Source: an uncultured Actinomycetota bacterium (GTDB lineage Bacteria > Actinomycetota > Actinomycetes > JAHEKZ01). Taken from it: 64,000 bases of DNA. This document shows, in pieces, positions 19,460-31,761 of the stretch. Position 1 is the stretch's first letter. Each line of letters begins with the position of its first letter. The notes under the pieces were generated by a model. It was not told the origin of the DNA and did not search any database. It saw only the letters and a list, made by a program, of their open reading frames with translations. The position numbers were made by a program, and so were the translations under genes. The stretch spans positions 832,001 through 896,000 of the forward strand of contig CAVQYR010000001.1 of assembly GCA_963718235.1 (NCBI GenBank). The letters run 5' to 3'.

Positions 19460-20193
19460 TCCTCTGGCTTCATGGGTCGCTGCTTGGTGCGTCGGTACTC
19501 CGCGATCCCCTCGTCGAGCGGCCCGTCGAACACGAGCTGGCCCTCGCGAAGCACCAGAGCTCGTTGGCACAGCCGGCGCAGGCACTTGGTGTTGTTCGTG
19601 GCGACGACGAGCGCATGCGAGTGGTCGGGGTAGCGGGCCATCCGGTCCAGGGCTGCGTCGCGCCTGGCCTGGCTGCCCAGGAGCAGGTCCTCGTCGGCGA
19701 GGAACACCGTCGGGGTGGTGAACAGGGCGATGGCGTAGCCCAGGCGGCGCCGGTCCAGCACCGCAAGGTCGCGCAGCTTGGTGTCGGCCCGGTCGGTCAG
19801 ATCCGCGTACTCGATCACCTCGTCGGCAGCCGCCACGGCGTCGTCCTGCCGCTCTCCGAGCAGGGCCAGGCCGTACACGACGTTGGAGCGCACGCTGAAG
19901 TCGTTGGACAGCCCGGCGCCGGCCGAGACCAAGCCGGTGGCTCGACCGCGCACCCGCACACGACCGTCGTCGGCGCGCAGCACGCCGCTCATCAGATGGA
20001 GCACCGTCGTACGTCCGGATTCCGGCTCGCCGAGGATGCCGACTCCCTCACCGGCTGCGACGGTGAAGGTGAGCCCGCGCACGGCGACGTGCAGCCGTCT
20101 CTGCTTGGCCGGCTTCCGACGCAGGCTGGTGAACCGTGCGGTCTCGAGGTCGGGGTACACCTTGCGGACCCGCTCGAAGGTCACGACTTCCAT
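19456..20193 (-). CDS. Wzt/TagH-like ABC transporter nucleotide-binding protein with degenerate catalytic motifs
   Basis: Wzt-like layout (AVRGLTFTV..GE.VGILG, G.V.VRG, LC.RALVL.EGQLVFDG) but Walker A is GEPESGRTT, no SGG/SSGM signature, H-switch VATNN. Confidence 0.82.
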   Translation of the reverse strand: MEVVTFERVRKVYPDLETARFTSLRRKPAKQRRLHVAVRGLTFTVAAGEGVGILGEPESGRTTVLHLMSGVLRADDGRVRVRGRATGLVSAGAGLSNDFSVRSNVVYGLALLGERQDDAVAAADEVIEYADLTDRADTKLRDLAVLDRRRLGYAIALFTTPTVFLADEDLLLGSQARRDAALDRMARYPDHSHALVVATNNTKCLRRLCQRALVLREGQLVFDGPLDEGIAEYRRTKQRPMKPEE

Positions 20194-21066
20194 GTGCCCC
20201 TCAGTACGAGCCGGTGGGAGTAGCGGTGGACCACGGCCAGGCCGATGAGCAGCGTCACCAGCGAGATCACGATGGACAGTCCGAGTGCGGCGCCGGGGAT
20301 CTCGATGTCGGCCGCCTGGCTGGCTGACACCGTGGGTGCCCAGAAGGTCTCGCGCAGGCCCATCATGGCGATGGTCAGCGGGTTGGCCAGGAAGAGGGTG
20401 TACAGCGGACCGTCGCCCAGGGTCTCGGTGACGAGGTCGAGCGGGTAGAGCACCGGGCTGATCCAGTGGGTCATCGTGGCGACCAGCTCGACCCCGAAGG
20501 CCACGTCGCGGACGTAGGTGTTCCCGACGCTGAGGATCAGACCGAGCCCGACCAGGAAGATGGTGACCAGGAGGATGCCGCCGACGGCGTAGGGGACACC
20601 GACCAGGTGGTTGGGTCGCCAGCCGCTGAAGGCGGCCACCACGAGGAGGACGATGGTGGCCGGGCCGAGCCGCAGGATCTGGGCCAGGACCGCGGTCATC
20701 GGAACGAGCTCGCGGGGGAGGTTGACCCGCCGCAGGAGCGAGGTCGACCGGGCCATCGACTTGGTCCCGCTCTTCATTGCGGCGTTGAAGTACTGCACCA
20801 TGATCACGCCGCAGAAGACATAGATCGCGAAGTTGTCGACGCGTTCGCCTAGCCCGAGGACGACGCCCACGATGACCAGGTACATCAAGAACCTCGTGAC
20901 CGGCCTGGCGAACTCCCAGAAGACCCCGCCGAGCAAGGTCCCCTGGTAGCGCTCCCCGCGCTCGACCCGTACGAGGTGCCACAGCAGTCGGGGTCGACGC
21001 AGGGCGGCGATCAAGCCGCCGGTGCGCCAGGGCTCCCGCCAGGCGGGGGTGTCGACGGAGGCCTGA

Positions 21067-21077
<11 letters not shown>
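20181..21077 (-). CDS. ABC-2 type polysaccharide export permease (Wzm/TagG-like)
   Basis: RYQGTLLG..W...P, LLRRVNLPRE, RDV, SPVLYP, ANPL; six TMs. Confidence 0.88.
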
Positions 21078-24227
<3,150 letters not shown>

Positions 24228-25187
24228 TCAGCGGTCGTGCAGTGCAGAGGTGCCGGTGGGAACCCAGCGCGAACGGCGGATCCGGCGTGACTCCTGCCAG
24301 CCCTTGAGCAGGGCGCCGCTCCCCTTGAGCGTGTGCTCGACGTAGACCAGCCTGACCTCCTCCTTGGCGAAGGTGAGGGCAGTTCCCAGCGCGAAGCCGA
24401 CCGGCCGGTAGTGGCCCAGGTGCTTCAGGTAGTGGGCCATGTAGCCACGGTTGCGCATGACGTGGAACCGGAAGAGGTCCGAGGCATCGTTGAGGTGGCG
24501 CACGGCCAGCGACATCTGCCGTTGCTCGCGCTGCCGCTTCAGCGCGAAGTGGTCGACGTACACGACCTTGGTCACGCGAGAGGCCATCAACGCGTAGACG
24601 GCGTCGTCCCAGGTGATGAAGAAGCGTGGGTCGGGCGGACCGATCTGGCTGACCACGTCACGACTCACGAGCATTCCCTCGAAAACCCCCGAGTTGGTCT
24701 CGAAGACCTCCTCGCCGTCGGCGAACGGGTCCTTCAGGTAGGGCAGTGGGATACCGAGGGTCTCGTTGATCCGGGGCTGCCAGAAGAAGGGGCCTCCGTG
24801 GAAGTCGACCCTTCGACCGTGGATGCACCCCGACTCCCCTGCGTGGCGTAGCAGCCCTTCCAGGCCGTCCGGCAGGGCCGTGACGTCATCATCCATCAGC
24901 CAGAACCAGTCGTGGCCGTCGTTGTACGCCGCCACCACGCCGGCGTTGAACCCGCCGCTGCCACCGGTGTTCTCGGTCAGGTACAGCCGATGGACCCGAT
25001 CGACGTCGCCGTACTCGGCGTCGAGGAACTCCCGGGTGCCGTCGGTGCTGGCGTTGTCGACCACGTAGACCGCATCGAGCGGACGGGTCTGCTCGAGCAG
25101 GGTGGGAAGCAGCTCCTCGAGGTAGTCCTTGCGGTTGTACGTGACGACGACGGCCGCCACGGACCAACGGGAGGTCTCCTCAGCCAC
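24228..25187 (-). CDS. GT2 glycosyltransferase (GlfT1-like)
   Basis: VVVTYNR, VVDNASTDGT, NTGGSGGF, WLMDDD, FFITWDD. Confidence 0.88.
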   Translation of the reverse strand: MAEETSRWSVAAVVVTYNRKDYLEELLPTLLEQTRPLDAVYVVDNASTDGTREFLDAEYGDVDRVHRLYLTENTGGSGGFNAGVVAAYNDGHDWFWLMDDDVTALPDGLEGLLRHAGESGCIHGRRVDFHGGPFFWQPRINETLGIPLPYLKDPFADGEEVFETNSGVFEGMLVSRDVVSQIGPPDPRFFITWDDAVYALMASRVTKVVYVDHFALKRQREQRQMSLAVRHLNDASDLFRFHVMRNRGYMAHYLKHLGHYRPVGFALGTALTFAKEEVRLVYVEHTLKGSGALLKGWQESRRIRRSRWVPTGTSALHDR

Positions 25188-25193
25188 GGCGGG

Positions 25194-26636
25194 TCATCCG
25201 CAGATGTTCTCGTCGGCCGTGCGCACGCCGTCGCCGAGGTCGCGCGGGGTGCGCACGACGACCTCGTCGGCTCCTGGCCAGTCGTCGCCGACGACGACCT
25301 CGACGACCGAACCGAGGCCGGAGGCAGTGACCCGGGTGGCGTAGTCGAGGGCCGCGGAGACGGTGCGGGCGGAGTCCTCGGCGTACGCGGGGTCGTAGCG
25401 CACCACCGTGGTCGTGAACTTCTTGCTCTCGGCGTTGTCGACGCCGACCACGTCGTAGCCCAGGGCGACCAGCTCCTCGGCTGCGGCGCTGGCGGCGCCG
25501 TTCTTGCCTGACCCGTTCAGGACCCGGACCGAGATGGTCGACGGGTCGACCCTCAGCGGCTTGCCGTCGATGACCGTCGGCTTTGCGGTGGGTGGTGGGT
25601 AGGGGTCGTCGTTGCGGATGGCCGACCACAGGGCGTCGGTGCGCTCGGTGTCCCAGACGACGGTGTTCGGGTCGTCGGGGTTCGGGACCCACGGCGTGGT
25701 GACGAAGGTGATGTCCTTGGGGGGGATGCTGCGTACCTGCTCAGCGAGCTTGCGCAGGGCGTTCAGGCTGGCCAGCTGCGGGTCGGTCGTCACCGACTTC
25801 GTCGCGGCGTCCAGGAAGCGAACGAGCTTCACCGGGTTGAGCAGGGTGCCCGAGCTTCGGGCCTTCTCGACGACCGAGCTCATGAAGGCCTGCTGTCGGT
25901 CGATCCGGCTGATGTCACTGCCGTTGCCGATGTAGCGCGCCCGGACGAACGCCAGTGCCTGGTCGCCCCTCACGGTCGAGATGCCGGCCGGCAGGTCGAG
26001 CCTGCTCTTCTTCTCGTAGACGGCCTCGTTGAGGCAGACGTCGATCCCGCCCAGTGCATCGACCATGCCCTGGAACCCGCGGAAGTCGACCACCGCGAAG
26101 TGGTCGATGAAGACGTCGGTGAGGCTCTCGACGGTCTTGATGGTGCACCCCGGCCCACCGATCGAGAACGCAGCGTTGAACCGGGTCGTCTGCGCCGGGG
26201 AGCTCCCGCTCTCCGTCTTGCACTCGGGGATGTCCACCACGGTGTCGCGCGGGATGCTGACCACGGTCGCCGTCTTGCGGTCGGCCGGCAGGTGGACCAG
26301 GAGCGTGGTGTCCGACCGCGCGCCGGTGACCACCGAGCCGAAGTCGTCACCCTGGCCCTCGCGGGTGTCCGAGCCCATCACCAGGATGTTGAGCGGCTCC
26401 TCGGCCCCCTCCGACCGGGCGGCCTGGGTGGGGCGGTCGCTGCCGACGATCTCGGGGGTGAACACGTCGATCTCGCCGATGTTGCCGTCGAGCTTCTTGT
26501 AGATGACGAACGCGGCGATGCCGCCGCCGACGAACAGGAGCACGACGACCACGCCGAGGATCAGCGCGGTCCGGCGCAGGAGCGGGTGCCGCGAGGTGCG
26601 GGCGGCCGGCTCCGGTGCACCTGGTTCGGGCGTCAT
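25194..26636 (-). CDS. LCP family protein with LytR_C domain
   Basis: NILVMGSDTR, RSDT, SIPRD, FNAAF, DISRIDRQQ, VRVLNGSG. Confidence 0.93.
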   Translation of the reverse strand: MTPEPGAPEPAARTSRHPLLRRTALILGVVVVLLFVGGGIAAFVIYKKLDGNIGEIDVFTPEIVGSDRPTQAARSEGAEEPLNILVMGSDTREGQGDDFGSVVTGARSDTTLLVHLPADRKTATVVSIPRDTVVDIPECKTESGSSPAQTTRFNAAFSIGGPGCTIKTVESLTDVFIDHFAVVDFRGFQGMVDALGGIDVCLNEAVYEKKSRLDLPAGISTVRGDQALAFVRARYIGNGSDISRIDRQQAFMSSVVEKARSSGTLLNPVKLVRFLDAATKSVTTDPQLASLNALRKLAEQVRSIPPKDITFVTTPWVPNPDDPNTVVWDTERTDALWSAIRNDDPYPPPTAKPTVIDGKPLRVDPSTISVRVLNGSGKNGAASAAAEELVALGYDVVGVDNAESKKFTTTVVRYDPAYAEDSARTVSAALDYATRVTASGLGSVVEVVVGDDWPGADEVVVRTPRDLGDGVRTADENICG

Positions 26637-26643
26637 GGGGCTC

Positions 26644-27489
26644 CTACGAGGGCCGGTCGGGACGGCTGAAGGATACGGACCCCGGCGTGAGGACCCGAAT
26701 CCCCGGGGCCGGCGGCCGGCCGGGACGGGTGTCGAGGACGGCCGACACCTGTTCGGACGCCAAGCGTTGGACGAAGACGCTGGGTGAGGGGTTCCGGACC
26801 CAGACCACCGAGGCGTCGGCGGCCAGCGGGGCCCACAGCTCCGGTGCGGGGGGACCGGCCGGGCCCACGCTCTCGAGGTCGCCCACCCATGCGCCCTGGG
26901 CCAGCACCCGGTCGGCGCTGGACAGCGACCATCCGGCGGCGAGGGCGAGGCCCCGCTCGGCGGCCCCTACGCCTCCGGCCTCTTCGGCTCCCTCGGCACT
27001 GATGGTGGCGCCGACCGCGCCGAAGGGGTAGTGGTCGGGCTGTCCCCGGGCGGCGGCGAAGAAGTCGTGGACGAGGGGAGGCAGCGGGTCGGCGAACGGG
27101 GCGCCCATCGGCCGCATCGACACCGCCACGACCTCCTCCGCCGGCGGGAGGTGGTCCAGCCGCTCGGGACCGATCACCGCGACCGTTGCCTCCTGCCCGG
27201 GCTGGGCCAGTCGGGCGCCCACCGCGTCGACGGCGAGCCACCAGACGGCGGCGGTCCAGTGCCTGGGCAGGTCGACCAGGACGAGGGAGCCCGGTCCTGC
27301 GCCGAGGTCGTCGGCCAGGAGGTGGGAGCACTTGGCGACCCAGGTGCTCAGCGTCGAGCCGGACAGCTCGACCCGCTCACCGGTCGCGTCGTCGTACCAC
27401 GTGACCCGCGGCCGGGCGCCGTCGCGCCTCGTCGCCTCGACGAACAGACCCACCGGCGTCGTCGGTCGTGGGCTCCCGGGAGTGGGCAT
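26644..27489 (-). CDS. TIGR03089-family protein (truncated acyl-CoA synthetase-like)
   Basis: PRVTWYDDATGERVELS..TL..WVAK..HLL, LPRHW; usual neighbour of LCP/manC; TACCCT 6 nt before ATG 27489. Confidence 0.82.
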   Translation of the reverse strand: MPTPGSPRPTTPVGLFVEATRRDGARPRVTWYDDATGERVELSGSTLSTWVAKCSHLLADDLGAGPGSLVLVDLPRHWTAAVWWLAVDAVGARLAQPGQEATVAVIGPERLDHLPPAEEVVAVSMRPMGAPFADPLPPLVHDFFAAARGQPDHYPFGAVGATISAEGAEEAGGVGAAERGLALAAGWSLSSADRVLAQGAWVGDLESVGPAGPPAPELWAPLAADASVVWVRNPSPSVFVQRLASEQVSAVLDTRPGRPPAPGIRVLTPGSVSFSRPDRPS

Positions 27490-27671
27490 GGCGCAAGGGT
27501 AGGTTGGCCAGGGTTGGTCCACGGGGGTGGTCTACGGGTCGGTCCACGGGTTCAGGACCCGGGCGGCCCGGCCGATGCTCCAAGGGTCGTTCGTCGGGCT
27601 AGGCGTTCGACACGGTCCGGCTCCTCGCTCCTTTCCTCGCTGCTCCTGCTCGGTCCTCCCCTCGCAGAAAG

Positions 27672-30305
27672 GTGCACCCGGTGCGTCTGCGCCTTCCCCT
27701 CGGCGCCCTGTTCGCCTCCATGCTCGTCGTGCCCACGGTCGTCGTGGTCGCGCCGACGGTCACCGCGGTGCGCTCCGAGCCACGCCCGGTTGCTCCGTCG
27801 CTGACGACGCTGCCGCTGGCCGGGGTCGACGCCTCGGCGCTGCGCACGGCGACCGTGCCGACGCAGGTGACGCGCACCGCCGCCGCCCGTCGGGCCCCTG
27901 CGGTGCTGACCGCACCGCTGCCCACCGACGACTACCAGATGGCCGCGGTCACCTGGGACCCCGTGCGGCGACCGGCCGACGTGCTGGTCTCGCTGCGCTA
28001 CCGCACCGACGCCGGGTGGAGTGACTGGGTCGACCTGGGCGGTTCCGACCCCGACGCCCAGGCCTCCGGACCGGAGGCGAAGGGTGTGCTGCGCCAGGGC
28101 AGCGTCCCGTACTTCACCGGACCGGCCGACGGCGTCCAGGTCCGGGTCGACCAGGCTGACCCGAGCTCCCCGCTGCCGGACGGCCTGCGGATCGACCTGA
28201 TCGACCCGGGCACCTCGGCCGCGGACGCCCAGGTGGCCGCCGCCGACCCGGCGTCCTCCGCCGTGGCCGGGTCGCGCAACCCCGACATCATCACCCGGGC
28301 CGAGTGGGGGGCCGACGAGTCGCTGCGCGCGAAGAACCTCGACATGAGCAGGACGGTGAAGGTGGCCTTCGTCCACCACACCGTCGGCACCAGCAACTAC
28401 TCGCCGTCGCAAGGCCCGGCCCAGGTCCGCTCCCTGTACGCGTACTACGTGAACAGCCTCGGCTACTCCGACATGGGCTACAACTTCCTCGTCGACAAGT
28501 ACGGGCGGATCTACGAGGGTCGCGCGGGAAGCATCACCACCTCGGTGCGCCAGGCGGCGACCGGAGGCTTCAACCCCGACACCATGGCCGTGGCCGCCAT
28601 GGGCAACTTCATGGAGATCCCGGCGTCGGACGCGATGGTGACCTCGATCGGTCGGCTGCTCGGGTTCCGGCTGGCGAGCTACCACCGCAACCCGGTCGGC
28701 AAGCGAACCCTGGTCGCCGAGGACGGGTCGTCGCGCTACTCGGCGGGGGACAAGGCCGTCTTCAACGTCATCTCCGGGCACCGAGACGCCGGGTTCACCG
28801 CCTGCCCGGGCAACCATCTGTACCTGCGGATCCCGCGGATCCGGAAGGTCGCCAAGCACTGGATGGGCGCCAACCTGGTCGAGCCCCGGGTCAGCGGCGC
28901 GGTCGTGTCCTACGGGCGGAACGCATCCGTACGGGTCCGTTCCGCCGTGCTGGAGCAGCAACGCTGGGAGCTGACCATCACCCAGGGCTGCACCCAGCGG
29001 GTCGTCCGCCGGTACTCGGGCACGGCCGCCCCGGGTGACCCGATCGCCGTCCGCTGGCGCGGTACCGATGCCGACGGCCGAGCCGTGCCCGCCGGTCAGT
29101 ACGTGCTGCGGCTCACCAGCGAGAACGACAACTCCCGCTCGGTCCCGTGGGTGAGTCGTGCCTACCTCCAGGTGGGTGCGCCCGCGGCCCGGGCCACGGG
29201 TCGGGGAACCGGCCGGGCAGCCGCGCCGGCCGGACAGTTCGTCCCCCTGGCCCCGACCCGACTGGCGAACAGCGCCACGGGCGCTGGACTCGCGGCCCCG
29301 CTGATGCTGGGGCGTGGTGACCGGGTCGACATCCCGGTCCTCGGCCGGGGCGGTGTGCCCGACACGGGGGTCACCGCCGTGGCTTTGTCCGTCCAGGCGT
29401 CGTGCGTGAGCCGGTCGACGGCCCTGTCGGTCCTCCCGGCCGGGTCCGGTGGGTCCGGCGGCGCTGTCGTGCAGGTCGCGCCGGGGCAGGTACGCAGGGG
29501 CACCGCCGTCGTCGGCGTCGGCGCCGGTGGTGCCGTCTCGGTGACCAACCGGCTCGGCGCCGCCTCGTTCTCGGTCGACGTGACCGGCTACTGGACGACG
29601 ACCGGCGGCACCCAGTACGCCCCCGTCCCTCCCCGCTCGGTGCTAGGGGCGGGTGGCGGAGTGGTCCTCGACCCGGGCGGAACCACGTTCACCGTCACTG
29701 GGCGGGCGGGCGTTCCCGCGGACGCCCGGGCCGTGGTGCTGAACGTCCGGCAACGGGCGGACACCCAGGCCACAGCGCTGTCGCTGCGTGGCGCCGGTGC
29801 CAGCGCCCGACGCTCGGTCCCGGTCACCGCGGTGCCTGGGCGCGCGAACGCGTCGCGGGTCGTGGTGCCGGTCGGTGCTGGGGGAGCGGTCCGGATCGGC
29901 GGGAACGGGTCGGCCCGGGTCTCGGTCGACGTCGCCGGCTACTTCGGCCCGGCCGCCGGTGCGGAGTACCACGCGGTGGCGCCCCGTCGGCTCACGCCCG
30001 ACCGACAGCGGCTGGGCCGTGACGACGTCGTCTCGGTCACCATCGGTGGTCGGGCCGGTGTCCCGTCCACGGGGGTCGACGCGGTCGTGCTGCAGGTGAC
30101 GGGCAGCCGGGCCAGCGCGGGCACCGCGGTCACCGTCACTCCGTCAGGGGTGCCGCGGTACGCGGTCGCCGACCTCCTCGTGCCCCGGAGGACCTCGCGC
30201 ACGAACCTCGTGGTGGTGCCGGTCGGCCGAAAGGACGCCGTGCGGGTCTACAACGCCAAAGGGCGGCTGGGGGTCCAGGTGGACGTCGTCGGCTGGTTCG
30301 GCTGA
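27672..30305 (+). CDS. Secreted N-acetylmuramoyl-L-alanine amidase (Amidase_2/PGRP) with FlgD-Ig-like domain and three C-terminal repeat domains
   Basis: Signal peptide; TRAEWGADE, FVHHT, DMGYNFLVD..G.IYEGR, SGHRD..TACPG; W.GTD..G..VP.G.Y; three 'P.R...GVP...AV.L.V...DV.GY/W' repeats. Confidence 0.88.
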   Translation: MHPVRLRLPLGALFASMLVVPTVVVVAPTVTAVRSEPRPVAPSLTTLPLAGVDASALRTATVPTQVTRTAAARRAPAVLTAPLPTDDYQMAAVTWDPVRRPADVLVSLRYRTDAGWSDWVDLGGSDPDAQASGPEAKGVLRQGSVPYFTGPADGVQVRVDQADPSSPLPDGLRIDLIDPGTSAADAQVAAADPASSAVAGSRNPDIITRAEWGADESLRAKNLDMSRTVKVAFVHHTVGTSNYSPSQGPAQVRSLYAYYVNSLGYSDMGYNFLVDKYGRIYEGRAGSITTSVRQAATGGFNPDTMAVAAMGNFMEIPASDAMVTSIGRLLGFRLASYHRNPVGKRTLVAEDGSSRYSAGDKAVFNVISGHRDAGFTACPGNHLYLRIPRIRKVAKHWMGANLVEPRVSGAVVSYGRNASVRVRSAVLEQQRWELTITQGCTQRVVRRYSGTAAPGDPIAVRWRGTDADGRAVPAGQYVLRLTSENDNSRSVPWVSRAYLQVGAPAARATGRGTGRAAAPAGQFVPLAPTRLANSATGAGLAAPLMLGRGDRVDIPVLGRGGVPDTGVTAVALSVQASCVSRSTALSVLPAGSGGSGGAVVQVAPGQVRRGTAVVGVGAGGAVSVTNRLGAASFSVDVTGYWTTTGGTQYAPVPPRSVLGAGGGVVLDPGGTTFTVTGRAGVPADARAVVLNVRQRADTQATALSLRGAGASARRSVPVTAVPGRANASRVVVPVGAGGAVRIGGNGSARVSVDVAGYFGPAAGAEYHAVAPRRLTPDRQRLGRDDVVSVTIGGRAGVPSTGVDAVVLQVTGSRASAGTAVTVTPSGVPRYAVADLLVPRRTSRTNLVVVPVGRKDAVRVYNAKGRLGVQVDVVGWFG

Positions 30306-30395
30306 GCCGGCTGCGGCCCCCGGGGGGCGGAACGTCTGGGACTGGTGGCACGCCTGTGACTCAGGTGACGGGAGGAACCTGCCGACGGGGTAGGA

Positions 30396-31709
30396 ATGAC
30401 CCCTCGTCCCCGGCCGCTGCGCGCCCAGCTGTCGGCCCAGTCGTCGGCCCAGCTGTCGGCTGGACGATGCCTCACCGTCATGGCTGCGGTGACGCTCATG
30501 GCCGCCACCGTTCTGGTCGGCGGCGCGAGCGCCCAGGCAAGTGCACCCGCGAAGGAGCACTACCCGGTGCCCAAGAGCGGGGTCTTCACCCTCGCCGGCC
30601 GCGGCTTCGGCCACGGCATCGGCATGTCGCAGTTCGGGGCCGAGGGCATGGGCCGCCTCGGCAAGGGCTACCGGCAGATCCTGCGCTTCTACTACCCCGG
30701 GACGACGCTGCGGACCGGGCCGACCGATCGCACGATCGTGGTCGAGCTGTCCGCCGCCGACCGGGTGGCCGGGGGCCGGCCGACGGTGGTCCTGCGCGCG
30801 GTGGACGGTCTCCGGCTGGCTACGACGAGCGGAACGCTGACCCCTCCGGCACAGGTCGGCGGGGCCGTGGTCAGGACCGTTCAGGTCACTTCGGTCGGGC
30901 ATCGCCTCACGGTGCGGGCGAGCTCGGCGGCCGGGAAGACCACGCTCGCCGCCCACCTGCGCGGCACGGTACGTGCGCACACCGGCGCAGTCCGCACGCG
31001 TAGCGCGGTTGGCGTCGTCGCCGGGCGCGGGGACACGACCCGCTACCGAGGCTTCGTCACCGTGCGCCGGGCCGGCGGAGGGTTGCAGGTCCTCAACGAC
31101 GTGCTGCTGGAGGACTACCTTCGAGCCGTCGTCAGCGCGGAGGTTCCTGGGGGCTGGACCATGGCGGCCTACCGCGCCCAGGCAGTCGCCGCCCGTTCCT
31201 ACGCGCTGCTCAGCCAGCGGACCGCACGGTCGAGCGGTCGCGCGTACGACATCTGTGACACCACGTGGTGCCAGGCCTACGGCGGGACCCGTTGGGAGAC
31301 GAGCGAGGAGGCCCAGGCGGTGCGTGACACCGCGGGCCAGTACCTGGAGAGCGGTGGTGCGCCCGCGTTCACCCAGTTCTCGTCGTCCAACGGCGGGTAC
31401 AGCGTGGCCGGCACCCAGGACTACCTGGTCGCCCGGCCCGACCCCTACGACGGCGTCGTCAAGGGTGCGGCCAACTGGGGGCACTCCTGGTCGACCACGG
31501 TCAGTGCGAGCCGGATCGAGAGTGCCTGGTCGCAGATCGGGAGCCTGCGCACGCTGCGCGTGGTCGAGCGAGACGGGCACGGCCGGTTCGGTGGACGGGT
31601 CCAGGTCGTCGCGCTCGTCGGGTCCGCGGGAAAGGTGCGGGTCTCCGGCGACACCTTCCGGTCGGTCCTGGGGCTCAAGAGCACGTGGTGGACGGTCACC
31701 AGGGCCTGA
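30396..31709 (+). CDS. SpoIID/LytB-family lytic transglycosylase
   Basis: GRGFGHGIGMSQFGA..M...G..Y.QIL.FYYPG, LEDYL..VV.AE, AQAVAARSY, DICDTTWCQAY. Confidence 0.9.
   Translation: MTPRPRPLRAQLSAQSSAQLSAGRCLTVMAAVTLMAATVLVGGASAQASAPAKEHYPVPKSGVFTLAGRGFGHGIGMSQFGAEGMGRLGKGYRQILRFYYPGTTLRTGPTDRTIVVELSAADRVAGGRPTVVLRAVDGLRLATTSGTLTPPAQVGGAVVRTVQVTSVGHRLTVRASSAAGKTTLAAHLRGTVRAHTGAVRTRSAVGVVAGRGDTTRYRGFVTVRRAGGGLQVLNDVLLEDYLRAVVSAEVPGGWTMAAYRAQAVAARSYALLSQRTARSSGRAYDICDTTWCQAYGGTRWETSEEAQAVRDTAGQYLESGGAPAFTQFSSSNGGYSVAGTQDYLVARPDPYDGVVKGAANWGHSWSTTVSASRIESAWSQIGSLRTLRVVERDGHGRFGGRVQVVALVGSAGKVRVSGDTFRSVLGLKSTWWTVTRA
30423..30458 (+). repeat. 12-bp tandem repeat x3 (GCCCAGCTGTCG / GCCCAGTCGTCG)
   Basis: Read directly; encodes AQLS-AQSS-AQLS in the N-terminal signal region. 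Confidence 0.8.
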
Positions 31710-31761
31710 CCCGCTCCCTGCGCGTCCGGCGCCGATCCTGCGACGTCGTAGGGTTCCCGGC

